Below are positions 10,379 to 17,800 of a DNA stretch of 31,281 nucleotides, piece after piece. Origin of the DNA: a virus (lineage: Duplodnaviria; Caudoviricetes). Positions within the stretch are counted from its first letter, which is position 1; each line of letters starts with the position of its first letter. A program made the position numbers and the translations under genes. The stretch lies in the IMG/VR virus record IMGVR_UViG_3300033076_001090, positions 1 to 31,281 of that record. The stretch is one strand, 5' to 3'. A model generated the notes under the pieces. It ran no database searches and was not told the origin of the DNA. It saw only the letters and a program-made list of their open reading frames with translations.

Positions 10379-10848
10379 CCGACGACCCGCCACGCCTGGG
10401 TGAGTTCTTCACCCTCGCAGAGCTGATGGTGACCAGCACTGGCCTTCCGAACGTACCCGACGCGCGGGCCCGGGCGAACCTACAGGTGCTGGTGGAGACC
10501 GCGCTGGACCCGCTGCGGCGCCATCTCGGCAGGCCGGTGCGGGTGCGCTCCGGCTTCCGCTCGTTGCAGGTCAACCGGGCCGTCGGCGGCTCGGCGAAGT
10601 CGGCTCACATGAGCGGAGAAGCCGCCGACGTCAAGGCTGACGGGCTCAGCTCCCTCGACCTGCTCGAGGCGATCCTCGCGTCCGGCATCGACTTCGACCA
10701 GGTCATCGCGTACCACGCCGGCCGCGGCGGCCACGTCCACATCGGCATCAAGGCTGGGGCGCAGGCCCGGCATCGACGTCAGCTTCTGCTCGCACCGCTG
10801 AGCGGCGGCTACGTCCCCTATGTGGCTGGTGGTCCTGCGCCCTGGTAG
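10375..10848 (+). CDS. Endolysin, peptidase M15A-like Zn D-Ala-D-Ala peptidase
   Basis: FTLAEL, LDPLR, SGFRS..VNRAVGG, SxHxxGxAAD and HVH motifs of the Peptidase_M15_3 family. Confidence 0.88.
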   Translation: MTDDPPRLGEFFTLAELMVTSTGLPNVPDARARANLQVLVETALDPLRRHLGRPVRVRSGFRSLQVNRAVGGSAKSAHMSGEAADVKADGLSSLDLLEAILASGIDFDQVIAYHAGRGGHVHIGIKAGAQARHRRQLLLAPLSGGYVPYVAGGPAPW

Positions 10849-10854
10849 GCTGCG

Positions 10855-11132
10855 CTGGGGACGGTCGCGTTTCCCTTGGCGGGGTGGCCCGGCCGCTTGG
10901 GCCGGCTGAGGGTGGTCCTCGGCCGGCTCTCGCATTACGTGGCGTCGTCGCTGCGGTTTCCGGGGGCCTCGCACCCGGCTGCGACAAGGCCGGCAAGGGG
11001 TGTTCCCTTGCCGGTCGTTCGTTTCCGGGTAGGTGCGCCATGGTTCGGAGCGCCGGGGCGCATCACGCGGACGATGTCCCGGCGCTCCGCCAGCAGGCGG
11101 TGGTCGAGGAATGGGTCCCCGGCCGCCGCCTG
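10855..11132 (+). ncRNA. Candidate structured ncRNA or convergent terminator array
   Basis: Hairpins at 10899-10929, 10988-11016, 11046-11089 and 11094-11132; G-U pairs favour the + strand; GTTTCC motif at 10869, 10956 and 11021. Confidence 0.4.
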
Positions 11133-11133
11133 T

Positions 11134-11505
11134 CTACTTCGCCGCGTGCAGCTGCTTGAGCGAGCGCACCGCCAGCCGCTCGACCAGCTCGAGAGCCCGG
11201 TCCCGCTCCCACTTCGTGGCCTGGTCGTCTGCGTGCAGGTAGACCAGCAGGTCTAGGGCCTCCTGCAGAGCACCGTAGGTGGCGAGAGGCCAGCCCCGTG
11301 GCAGCAGCTCCGGGTACTTGTCGAGGCCGTACTCGGCGCGGGCTCTGAGGCACGCCACAAGGCACGGAGGCAGGCCCTGCACAGCCTTGTCGACCGCTGG
11401 CCCGCCGTCGCCCCAGCCTGGCCCCAGCGGCGTCCTGGCGGCCTGCACGAGAGGCGCGAAGTCCGCCTCGTGCACAGTGAACAGGTAGACGGCCGGGCGG
11501 GTCAT
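11134..11505 (-). CDS. Putative MazG-like (all-alpha NTP pyrophosphohydrolase-related) phage protein
   Basis: RAEYGLDKY...ALQEALDLLVYL resembles the R..G..KY / EEx.D..Y phage family; ATGA coupling. Confidence 0.45.
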   Translation of the reverse strand: MTRPAVYLFTVHEADFAPLVQAARTPLGPGWGDGGPAVDKAVQGLPPCLVACLRARAEYGLDKYPELLPRGWPLATYGALQEALDLLVYLHADDQATKWERDRALELVERLAVRSLKQLHAAK

Positions 11506-12104
11506 GCGGCCGCCCGGAGGCGCTTGGCCTCGAGCAGGTTGCGAGCCCGCGCCAGCGTGGCGTAGAGCTGCGCAGCGTCAGCGGTCGACGTGCGCTCGAC
11601 CCCCGCAGCGAGCTGCTCGAGGCGGTGGACCACCACTGCGAGCGGCCCGCCGTCGGGCCAGTCCGCGTCGTCCTGCTGGTCGTAGGCCTCGAGGAACCGA
11701 GGAGGCAGCGCCGCCCGCAGGGCGATGGCCTGCTGGACCTCGCGACCGCCCAGGGCACTGGGCCGCACCGACCCCTCCAGCACGCAGCGGATGGCCCACT
11801 GGATGCCGGCGGGCGGGCCGTCGACCCGGGGGGCCACCTCGAGCCCGGACCACAGCTGCGGGCGGTCGCACTGCACCCGCCAGACGGTGTTCGGCGCGCA
11901 GCGCTCCCACGGGAGGTTCTTGCCGCGAAGGGGCAGCGAATCGGCCAAGGCCGGCACCGTGCGGTCCACGCGCCAGGCCTGGGCGCCCTTCTGCAGGTAC
12001 AGCTTCGCGACCTTGCCCGAGGGCGTGAGGTGCACGAACGCGACCCAGCCCCGGCCATGGTCGGCCTGCAGCTGATCGAGGACGCTGACGCTACGGGGCT
12101 TCAT
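11502..12104 (-). CDS. Hypothetical protein (200 aa)
   Basis: Overlaps both neighbours in the leftward operon; protein-like composition. Confidence 0.6.
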   Translation of the reverse strand: MKPRSVSVLDQLQADHGRGWVAFVHLTPSGKVAKLYLQKGAQAWRVDRTVPALADSLPLRGKNLPWERCAPNTVWRVQCDRPQLWSGLEVAPRVDGPPAGIQWAIRCVLEGSVRPSALGGREVQQAIALRAALPPRFLEAYDQQDDADWPDGGPLAVVVHRLEQLAAGVERTSTADAAQLYATLARARNLLEAKRLRAAA

Positions 12105-12924
12105 CGTTCACCCCGACCGCAGTCGCGACCTGCAGCTCACCCCGGCCCGGCCATTCGCCAGTGGTCGTGCACTTGAGGAGCTTCTCAAGCAGGTCCCAGT
12201 GCTCGTTCCGGGCGTCGGCCTTCGTGGCGTTGTCCCACTCGATCGCCGTGCAGTCCCACGGGGCCTTGTCCTCGGCCACGATGGTGAACCACCGCACCGG
12301 GGTCGTCGGCCGCACCTGGTACAGGTCGAGGGCCAGGAGCGTGTAGTGGGCGAGCTGCAGCAGCCAGCCATGCCGACGCGCCGCCCAGGCGATCAGCGGT
12401 GCCGACGTGTCCCCGAACGTCTTGAGGTCAGCGAGGATGAGGCCGTGGTCCTCACTGTAGTGGACGATGTCCGGCTTGCCCTTCATGCCCAGCGTGTGGT
12501 CACCGACGGGCTGCTGCCAGAACCAGGTCGCCTCGGTCAGCGTGCCCTTGCTGGCGAGCAGCCAGCGCAGCACCCCGTTGTGGTTGTAGGCGGCGGCGAT
12601 GTTCTGAGCCAGGGCGGCCTCCGACACCGTCAGGATGTTCTTGCCCTTGTTCTGCTCGAGGAAGGCGGCATACTCCTTGTTGCGCACGTCACGCCGGCCG
12701 TCCCAGACCGCGCTGTGCTCGTGCGCGGTCATCGGCTCAAGCACGAGCGCGTGGATGTGGCGGAGCATCGCGTAGTCCTGGCCGCTGTCCTCGGGGTGGT
12801 CGACCGCGTGCTTGTAGTGCAGCGGGCTCTTGCGCATGTGCTTGAGCGTGCTGTGGTTCACGCCGCGCGCCGCGCGATAGTCGGCCTCAGACATGAAGAG
12901 GTTAGAAGGGGCAGTGTTGCGCAT
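12091..12924 (-). CDS. PD-(D/E)xK exonuclease, RecE/exonuclease VIII-like (DUF3799-type)
   Basis: Y.A..GVNHSTLK..RKSPLHY N-terminus; TE...W; KGKPD; ADLKT; LQLAHY motifs. Confidence 0.85.
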   Translation of the reverse strand: MRNTAPSNLFMSEADYRAARGVNHSTLKHMRKSPLHYKHAVDHPEDSGQDYAMLRHIHALVLEPMTAHEHSAVWDGRRDVRNKEYAAFLEQNKGKNILTVSEAALAQNIAAAYNHNGVLRWLLASKGTLTEATWFWQQPVGDHTLGMKGKPDIVHYSEDHGLILADLKTFGDTSAPLIAWAARRHGWLLQLAHYTLLALDLYQVRPTTPVRWFTIVAEDKAPWDCTAIEWDNATKADARNEHWDLLEKLLKCTTTGEWPGRGELQVATAVGVNDEAP

Positions 12925-13399
12925 ACTTTGCTCCGTTACGTAGGTTGGTGGCGACCGCGAGGGCCAACGCGGCCCACGCGTGTGAGGTGACCCCGTACAG
13001 CGGGCCCGGCGCGCGGCGCGTGCCGACGGCCCCTGCCTTGCTCGTGCCGTGCAGGTCGATGAGTGTGGCGCGCACGAGCGCGTCCTTGGCGCCCCGCGCT
13101 GAGATACCGAGCGTGGCCAGGACCTCGCGACGGTAGAGCAGCTCGAGCGGAGTGCGTGTGCTGTCGCACCACTCCATCACCCTGCCGACCACCTCGGTGG
13201 TCCTGACCACGTCCCCACTTGGCGGGCCGGCCTGGGTGCGCTCGCACACAACCCTGGCTCCGCTCGGCAGGTACCCGAACATGGCGTGGCGCACGTCAGG
13301 CCAGGTCAGCTCGGCATGCGCGCGGGTGACCCTCTGTGCGTCAGTGTCGTAGGCCACCAGCCCGCAGGTCGCCGGGCCGGGGTCGATGGCCAGGAGCAT
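12902..13399 (-). CDS. RuvC-like Holliday junction resolvase / RNase H-fold nuclease
   Basis: LLAIDPG..CG, VVCE, lysine in AKDA, C-terminal HAWAALALA helix; ATG at 13399 with GAGGTG RBS (GTG at 13402 is an alternative start). Confidence 0.75.
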   Translation of the reverse strand: MLLAIDPGPATCGLVAYDTDAQRVTRAHAELTWPDVRHAMFGYLPSGARVVCERTQAGPPSGDVVRTTEVVGRVMEWCDSTRTPLELLYRREVLATLGISARGAKDALVRATLIDLHGTSKAGAVGTRRAPGPLYGVTSHAWAALALAVATNLRNGAKYAQHCPF

Positions 13400-13773
13400 C
13401 ACTGCTCACCTCGAGCGACCCACGGCTGCGGGTCCTCGGCGGGCTTCCACTGGCCCAGGTTCAGGCCATCGTCCGGAACCTCGACCAGCGGCTGCGACGT
13501 CATCGGAGTGTGGGTCACGACGGCGACCGATCCGTGCATGAACCGCAGCTGCAGGCTGTTCCCATGCCGGAACACGCCGCGCCCGATGGGGCGCGCCCAC
13601 ACACTCGGCTGGCGGCTCCAGCGCGTGCCGGTGTAGAGCCGCAGGAAGTCCTGGTAGGTCAGGTGGAACGTCGAGCCCTTGCCGGTCACATCGACAGACA
13701 CCGGCACGACCTTCGCCTCATCGAGGACCTGGCTAAACCGGTGCGCCCAGTGCAGCTCGCTCGTGATCGTCAT
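13399..13773 (-). CDS. Hypothetical protein (124 aa)
   Basis: GGAGGTG RBS; coupled to ERF upstream and to the RuvC-like gene downstream. Confidence 0.65.
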   Translation of the reverse strand: MTITSELHWAHRFSQVLDEAKVVPVSVDVTGKGSTFHLTYQDFLRLYTGTRWSRQPSVWARPIGRGVFRHGNSLQLRFMHGSVAVVTHTPMTSQPLVEVPDDGLNLGQWKPAEDPQPWVARGEQ

Positions 13774-14585
13774 GCCTCACCTCCCTTGCGGCTGCGCCGG
13801 ACCTTGGCGCCCAGGCCCACCTTGGCGGCGTGCTCGTCGATGGCGTCCATCACAGCCTGCGGATCGAGGGGGCTGGCCTGCTCGGCCTCTAGCTGCGCGG
13901 CGGCCTCTGCCTGGGCGCGCTCTTCCGCGAACCGCTGCAGCACCTCGGCCCCCTTGCCCTTCAGCCAGGCCAACATCTGCTGCTGCTGGTGGACCTGCAG
14001 CTCGGACGGCGCGCCCTTGCCGTGCCATGCGCAGTAGGCGCGCAGCAGGCCGTAGTCGACGGGCGCGATGGCCTCGGCAAGCTGCTCGTCGGTGAGCTGC
14101 GCCTGCTCGACCGGCGCCGGCGCCGGCGCTGCAGTGAAGCGCACCGGCGCGGGGCGAGCGGGCGCCTGCGGCTGCTGCGGAGCGACGTCGGAGGCACCGT
14201 TACCGTCGTCGTCGCTCTGGATCACGCCGCAGATCGAGGCCAGGGTGTAGCGGCGCAGGTACGAGATCGCCGAGCCGACCGCGTGCGCGTCTTTCTTGCC
14301 AGCGACCGGCATCGAACACGCCGAGCGCATCCACTGGCCAGACTCGTGCGTGATGAGAGTGGTCATGTGGACCACGTCTTCGCTGAGCACAGGGTGCTGG
14401 AGCACGCAGAGGCCCGCCGCGTTGTAGGCGGGCAGGATCGCCTCGAGCACCGAGGCCAACGACGTATACTTGGTGCGGAAGGCCGGGTTGTTCGCGTCCC
14501 TGAAGGCGCGGCCCATCATGCCCTGGGCTCGCGCGAGGGCGCTGAAGAGCTCGGCGCACTGCTCACTGGTGGTGACGGACGTCAT
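13770..14585 (-). CDS. erf: ERF-family single-strand annealing protein
   Basis: ALARAQ, NPAFRTKY..L, HESGQW, GSAISYLRRY.L...G...DDDGN signature. Confidence 0.92.
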   Translation of the reverse strand: MTSVTTSEQCAELFSALARAQGMMGRAFRDANNPAFRTKYTSLASVLEAILPAYNAAGLCVLQHPVLSEDVVHMTTLITHESGQWMRSACSMPVAGKKDAHAVGSAISYLRRYTLASICGVIQSDDDGNGASDVAPQQPQAPARPAPVRFTAAPAPAPVEQAQLTDEQLAEAIAPVDYGLLRAYCAWHGKGAPSELQVHQQQQMLAWLKGKGAEVLQRFAEERAQAEAAAQLEAEQASPLDPQAVMDAIDEHAAKVGLGAKVRRSRKGGEA

Positions 14586-14761
14586 GAGCGGTTCTCCTTG
14601 AGCTCGGCGAGCTCAGCTTCATGAACCAGCTGCGCGAAGAGCGCAGCCAGGGAGCGCAGCCCGCGGCGGGCGCGCATGCGCTCCGCCACCTGGCGAGTCG
14701 CTTCGTTGATCTTGATGTTGGTCGAGACGGTGCGAGTCGCCTCGTCGATCTTGACGGTCAT
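14582..14761 (-). CDS. Ribbon-helix-helix (CopG/Arc-like) DNA-binding protein, 59 aa; not in the ORF track
   Basis: Hand-translated MTVKIDEATRTVSTNIKINEATRQVAERMRARRGLRSLAALFAQLVHEAELAELKENRS; GGAGAGG RBS; ATGA overlap with erf; strand-helix-G-S-helix pattern. Confidence 0.7.
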   Translation of the reverse strand: MTVKIDEATRTVSTNIKINEATRQVAERMRARRGLRSLAALFAQLVHEAELAELKENRS

Positions 14762-14907
14762 TGGCCTCTCCTGCCGCAGTGAGTGAGACCCTGCCGGTGC
14801 GGCTGGCCGGCGGGCCAGGGTTGCGCCCTTTGCGCCTCATGATGCTAACGGAGCGTGTGCCGCATAGCAAGCGGTCGCGCCAAACTTTCTCACCAAGGAC
14901 CGACAAC
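14762..14907. promoter_or_regulatory. Divergent early control region
   Basis: Non-coding gap between the divergent starts at 14761(-) and 14908(+); locally more AT-rich; TTGCGCC repeated at 14821 and 14830; no clean consensus promoter. Confidence 0.5.
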
Positions 14908-15135
14908 ATGCTTGATGCCGTCACTCTCGCCAAGGCCGCCCGCCCGCACGTCGTGCGTCTGCGGCGTGCCTGCCCCCTCGAGGACCTGGTCTGGCAGGCA
15001 GGCCTCCTGATCGAGCAGCGGCGCCGAGAGCGGCCCGAGCTGCAGCACCTGCCCGCCGCAGATCAGCGTGCGCTGTGGGCAGCGTGGGCGGATGACCTGG
15101 CAGTGCAGGTCGCGAGCCGAGCGGCCGCTATGTGA
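14908..15135 (+). CDS. Hypothetical protein (75 aa)
   Basis: AAGGA RBS before ATG 14908; helical sequence; first gene of the rightward early operon. Confidence 0.6.
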   Translation: MLDAVTLAKAARPHVVRLRRACPLEDLVWQAGLLIEQRRRERPELQHLPAADQRALWAAWADDLAVQVASRAAAM

Positions 15136-15183
15136 GGCCCTTGCAGGCGCCAGCCGCTGCAGGTAGGCTCGGCTCGGGCCACG

Positions 15184-15310
15184 AGTGCCCTCGGCTGTCC
15201 TCCTGTCCACGCGCGACTCAGCCCGCGCACCCCGCCCGCCGGCCCGGCTGATCCCCGGTCACCGGCGGGCGGTCGGACAGAGGGCGCTGACTCCCGGACA
15301 GGAGCCAACG
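15184..15310 (+). promoter_or_regulatory. Structured 5' leader of the initiator gene with anti-SD
   Basis: CTCCTGTCC (15200-15208) is complementary to GGACAGGAG (15296-15304, contains the RBS); 11-bp stem 15232-15242/15262-15272; alternative pairing 15184-15200/15275-15288. Confidence 0.4.
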
Positions 15311-16402
15311 ATGACCGACGACGACGCCCCGAGCAGGGGCCGCACGCGCACGTCTGCGCGCCAACAAGCCGCCCCCCTCGGCGAGGGCTGGGACCCGATC
15401 GAGCGATGCGACTGGGAGGCAGTGACCACGTCGCTGACCAAGCCATGGCCCCTCGGCGCCCAGCGGCACGACCTGCGGTACTGGGCCAGCCGACAGCGGG
15501 CCCACAAGGGCGACCGGCCCGGCTACCGAGCTCTCGCTGAGCGATGGGGCGTCACCGAGAAGAGCGCACGAGTCGTGTGCGCCGACGTGATGTGGTGGTC
15601 CGACCCACGCTTTGGCGATGAGCACCCTACAAGGGCGCACCAAGGGCGCACTGAGGGCGCACCAAGGGCGCACGAAGGGCGCACGAAGGGCGCACCCGAC
15701 CACGCTGCGGACGTCGTTGTCAACGTAAAAGGGCGCACTGAGGGCGCACCAAGGGCGCACGAAGGGCGCACGAAGGGCGCACCAAGGGCCCCTAAAGAAG
15801 ACAGAGACAGAGACACGAACAGCCACACCGACAGAGAAGCAAACACGTCGGCTCCGCCTCCTGAGAGCGCCGAGAAGCGGAGGCCGAGCGCAGCAGAGCG
15901 CGCGACCGCAGAGGCGGAGGACCTGCTGCGCCGGCTCGACGCCATGCGCCTGCAGCGGCACCCGACCGGCCGCCCGCTGAGCGTGCAGACGTGGCTCCCG
16001 AAGCTGCGGGCGGCGCTCAAGCGGCAGAGCGCGCAGGAGGTCATCGACGGCTGGACGTGGGTGCTGCGCTCACCCGAGGCCGCCTGGCACCGCGGCGAGG
16101 AGCGGGGCGGCACCGACCGCACGCGGGACCTCGCGCTGGTGCTCGCCCACCCCGAGTACGCGGCGCGCCGGACGTGGCGCGGGCTGGAGGCGGCACACGA
16201 GCACGACATCGAGGCGCGCCCGGCGGAGTCGCTGCCCGAGCGGGTCTGGCCGCTGACGCCGTACCAGATCGCCGCCGCAGAGAGGGAGCGCCGAGAGGAG
16301 CAGGAGAACGAAGCGCTCCGGCGCCAGTTCGCAGAGGAGTCGCAGCGACGACGGGCGGCGCTGGGCATCGATGAAGACGACGGCGACGACATCCCCTTTT
16401 AG
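15311..16402 (+). CDS. Putative replication initiator (lambda O-like architecture), 363 aa
   Basis: AGGAG RBS before ATG 15311; N-terminal HTH-like PGYRALAERWGVTEKSARVV; central DNA repeats followed by a purine-rich EDRDRD tract; helical C-terminal domain; ends in DDIPF. Confidence 0.72.
   Translation: MTDDDAPSRGRTRTSARQQAAPLGEGWDPIERCDWEAVTTSLTKPWPLGAQRHDLRYWASRQRAHKGDRPGYRALAERWGVTEKSARVVCADVMWWSDPRFGDEHPTRAHQGRTEGAPRAHEGRTKGAPDHAADVVVNVKGRTEGAPRAHEGRTKGAPRAPKEDRDRDTNSHTDREANTSAPPPESAEKRRPSAAERATAEAEDLLRRLDAMRLQRHPTGRPLSVQTWLPKLRAALKRQSAQEVIDGWTWVLRSPEAAWHRGEERGGTDRTRDLALVLAHPEYAARRTWRGLEAAHEHDIEARPAESLPERVWPLTPYQIAAAERERREEQENEALRRQFAEESQRRRAALGIDEDDGDDIPF
15631..15793 (+). repeat. Iteron-like 11-bp tandem repeats RAGGGCGCACN (6 + 5 copies + 1 partial); putative origin of replication
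   Basis: Copies at 15631-15696 and 15729-15783; the 55-bp block 15642-15696 is identical to 15729-15783; followed by an A-rich tract. Confidence 0.85.
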
Positions 16403-16416
16403 GGCGAGGAGGCAGC

Positions 16417-16737
16417 ATGGACCGTGTAGACGTGGCGATGTCCGAGACGTGGGTACGCGTGGTGCAGCTGCACCTCGGGACCGCCTACGAGGCAGCCGAC
16501 CCAGCAGCGGCCGCGCAGATCGAGGAGAAGCTGCAGGAGGCCGAGCGCAAGCGCAAGACCGGCAGCCTGGACAGGGTCAACTTCGTCCGGTGGGCCTGCA
16601 GTCGTGTGCCCTGGCTGGCCCGGCAGCTCGGCGACGTGCCTCCGCCGCCCAGGCGCGAATGGGCGCCGCCGCCGCCGGTTCCGGCGCCGACTCCAGCGCA
16701 CGCTGCGGTCGCTGCACGAATCGTTAGAAGCGGTTGA
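16417..16737 (+). CDS. Hypothetical protein (106 aa), possible replication accessory factor
   Basis: GAGGAGG RBS; immediately downstream of the initiator; Pro-rich C-terminus. Confidence 0.6.
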   Translation: MDRVDVAMSETWVRVVQLHLGTAYEAADPAAAAQIEEKLQEAERKRKTGSLDRVNFVRWACSRVPWLARQLGDVPPPPRREWAPPPPVPAPTPAHAAVAARIVRSG

Positions 16738-16762
16738 CGCACCGGACGCACAAGGCTACTGG
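16734..16762 (+). promoter_or_regulatory. Sigma70-like promoter TTGACG-N17-TACTGG
   Basis: Near-consensus -35, 17-bp spacer and TA-start -10, in the gap before ORF 16795. Confidence 0.5.
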
Positions 16763-16794
16763 TAAGCGGGACTGATGAGTTCCAGGAGGACAGG

Positions 16795-17061
16795 ATGATC
16801 GACAAGATGCGAGTCGAAGAGCTGTTGAGCGTGGGCGTTCTCGCCGTTGGCTTCGTGCTGCACGCCGCATGGGGGGCCTGGGTCGACTTCGACGAGGCGT
16901 GCAGGAGAGCAGCTGAGGTCGAGGTCGACCGCTTCGAGCAGTCGGCTCGAGGCGCTGGTCGCGACCGAGCGCAGGCCGCTGTGCTGTACGAGCTCGGGCG
17001 CGCCGGTGGCTGCGCTCCGAGCTCGACCTGGTCGAGCGCGCTGCGCTGCGGAGGTGAGTGA
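16795..17061 (+). CDS. Hypothetical membrane protein (88 aa)
   Basis: AGGAGG RBS; one hydrophobic segment LLSVGVLAVGFVLHAAWGAWV. Confidence 0.65.
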   Translation: MIDKMRVEELLSVGVLAVGFVLHAAWGAWVDFDEACRRAAEVEVDRFEQSARGAGRDRAQAAVLYELGRAGGCAPSSTWSSALRCGGE

Positions 17062-17453
17062 TGGATGACCTGAAGCCCTGCCCCTTCTGCGGCAACGACG
17101 AGATCAAGGTCGATCGCATAGACGGCCACATGTGTGCATGGTGTACCAACTGCACGGCACAGGGACCGACGTCGCACTTCGGGCCTGATGGGACGGCACA
17201 AGGTGCATGGAACGACGTGCGCTGTGGTGAAGAGAACGCGGCGATGGCTGCAGAGCAGCGCGCCGAGGCCGCGGAGGCGGAGGCCGAGCGCCTGCGCAGC
17301 GCCATCTCCGAGACCCTGCGGCTCGCCGACATCTACGCCGGTGTCGCGTCGCACAACGCTGAGGCGGAGCCAGAGACCGCCGGGGAGGCTTGGCGGTCGC
17401 CGTACATGGCGACGATGCGGGAGCTGCGGCGCGCCATCGGGGGTGCGGCATGA
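17061..17453 (+). CDS. Lar-family restriction-alleviation-like Zn-finger protein with coiled-coil extension
   Basis: LKPCPFCG...CTNCTAQGP...AWN pattern; GGAGGT RBS; TGATG coupling. Confidence 0.75.
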   Translation: MDDLKPCPFCGNDEIKVDRIDGHMCAWCTNCTAQGPTSHFGPDGTAQGAWNDVRCGEENAAMAAEQRAEAAEAEAERLRSAISETLRLADIYAGVASHNAEAEPETAGEAWRSPYMATMRELRRAIGGAA

Positions 17454-17800
17454 GCGCTGCCGTCGCCATGAGCGTCGTCATGGACGGCCTCTACATCGAA
17501 ACCGCCGATGAAGTGCGGACCCTGCGACTGACTCCGGTCGGGCTGCAGGACCTTGCCGACGTGGTGGCTGCCGCGCTGGCGCAGGCCCGCGCCGACCGCG
17601 CCCTGCTAGCCGGCCTGTGGCTCGGCGCGGTGCCCCACGACGTGCTGCCGACGCTACTCCCGACCGACCAGGGCGACCGCGACCGGCTCGCCGCCGCGCT
17701 CGACGCGGCGGACCGGCAGACCGGCGCCGAGGCGCGCACCGCTGCGGGGCGCGCCGTCATCGCGCGGATCGTCGCGGAGATGGGCGGGGGGGCGGCATGA
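17450..17800 (+). CDS. Hypothetical protein (116 aa)
   Basis: ATGA overlap at 17450; Ala-rich helical protein. Confidence 0.6.
   Translation: MSAAVAMSVVMDGLYIETADEVRTLRLTPVGLQDLADVVAAALAQARADRALLAGLWLGAVPHDVLPTLLPTDQGDRDRLAAALDAADRQTGAEARTAAGRAVIARIVAEMGGGAA

Noticed and set aside
11040-11060. tRNA-like GGTTCG motif
   Set aside because: No cloverleaf or proper T-arm context; it is the flank of a long simple hairpin.
10748-11256. ORFs 10876..11256(+), 10884..11159(+) and 10748..11041(-) across the convergent gap
   Set aside because: No good RBS, Arg/Pro/Gly-rich off-frame composition, and they overlap real genes.
14867-14883. Sigma54-like TGGCGCG...TTGC on the - strand
   Set aside because: GG-to-GC spacing is 11 nt rather than the strict 10.
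15631-15793. Repeats as a CRISPR array
   Set aside because: 11-bp head-to-tail units with no unique spacers, inside a CDS, and no cas genes.
16772-16800. Hammerhead-ribozyme-like CTGATGAG-TTCC-AGGA-GGAC
   Set aside because: The essential GAAA after stem II is absent (AGGA instead), and the segment is explained by the RBS of ORF 16795.
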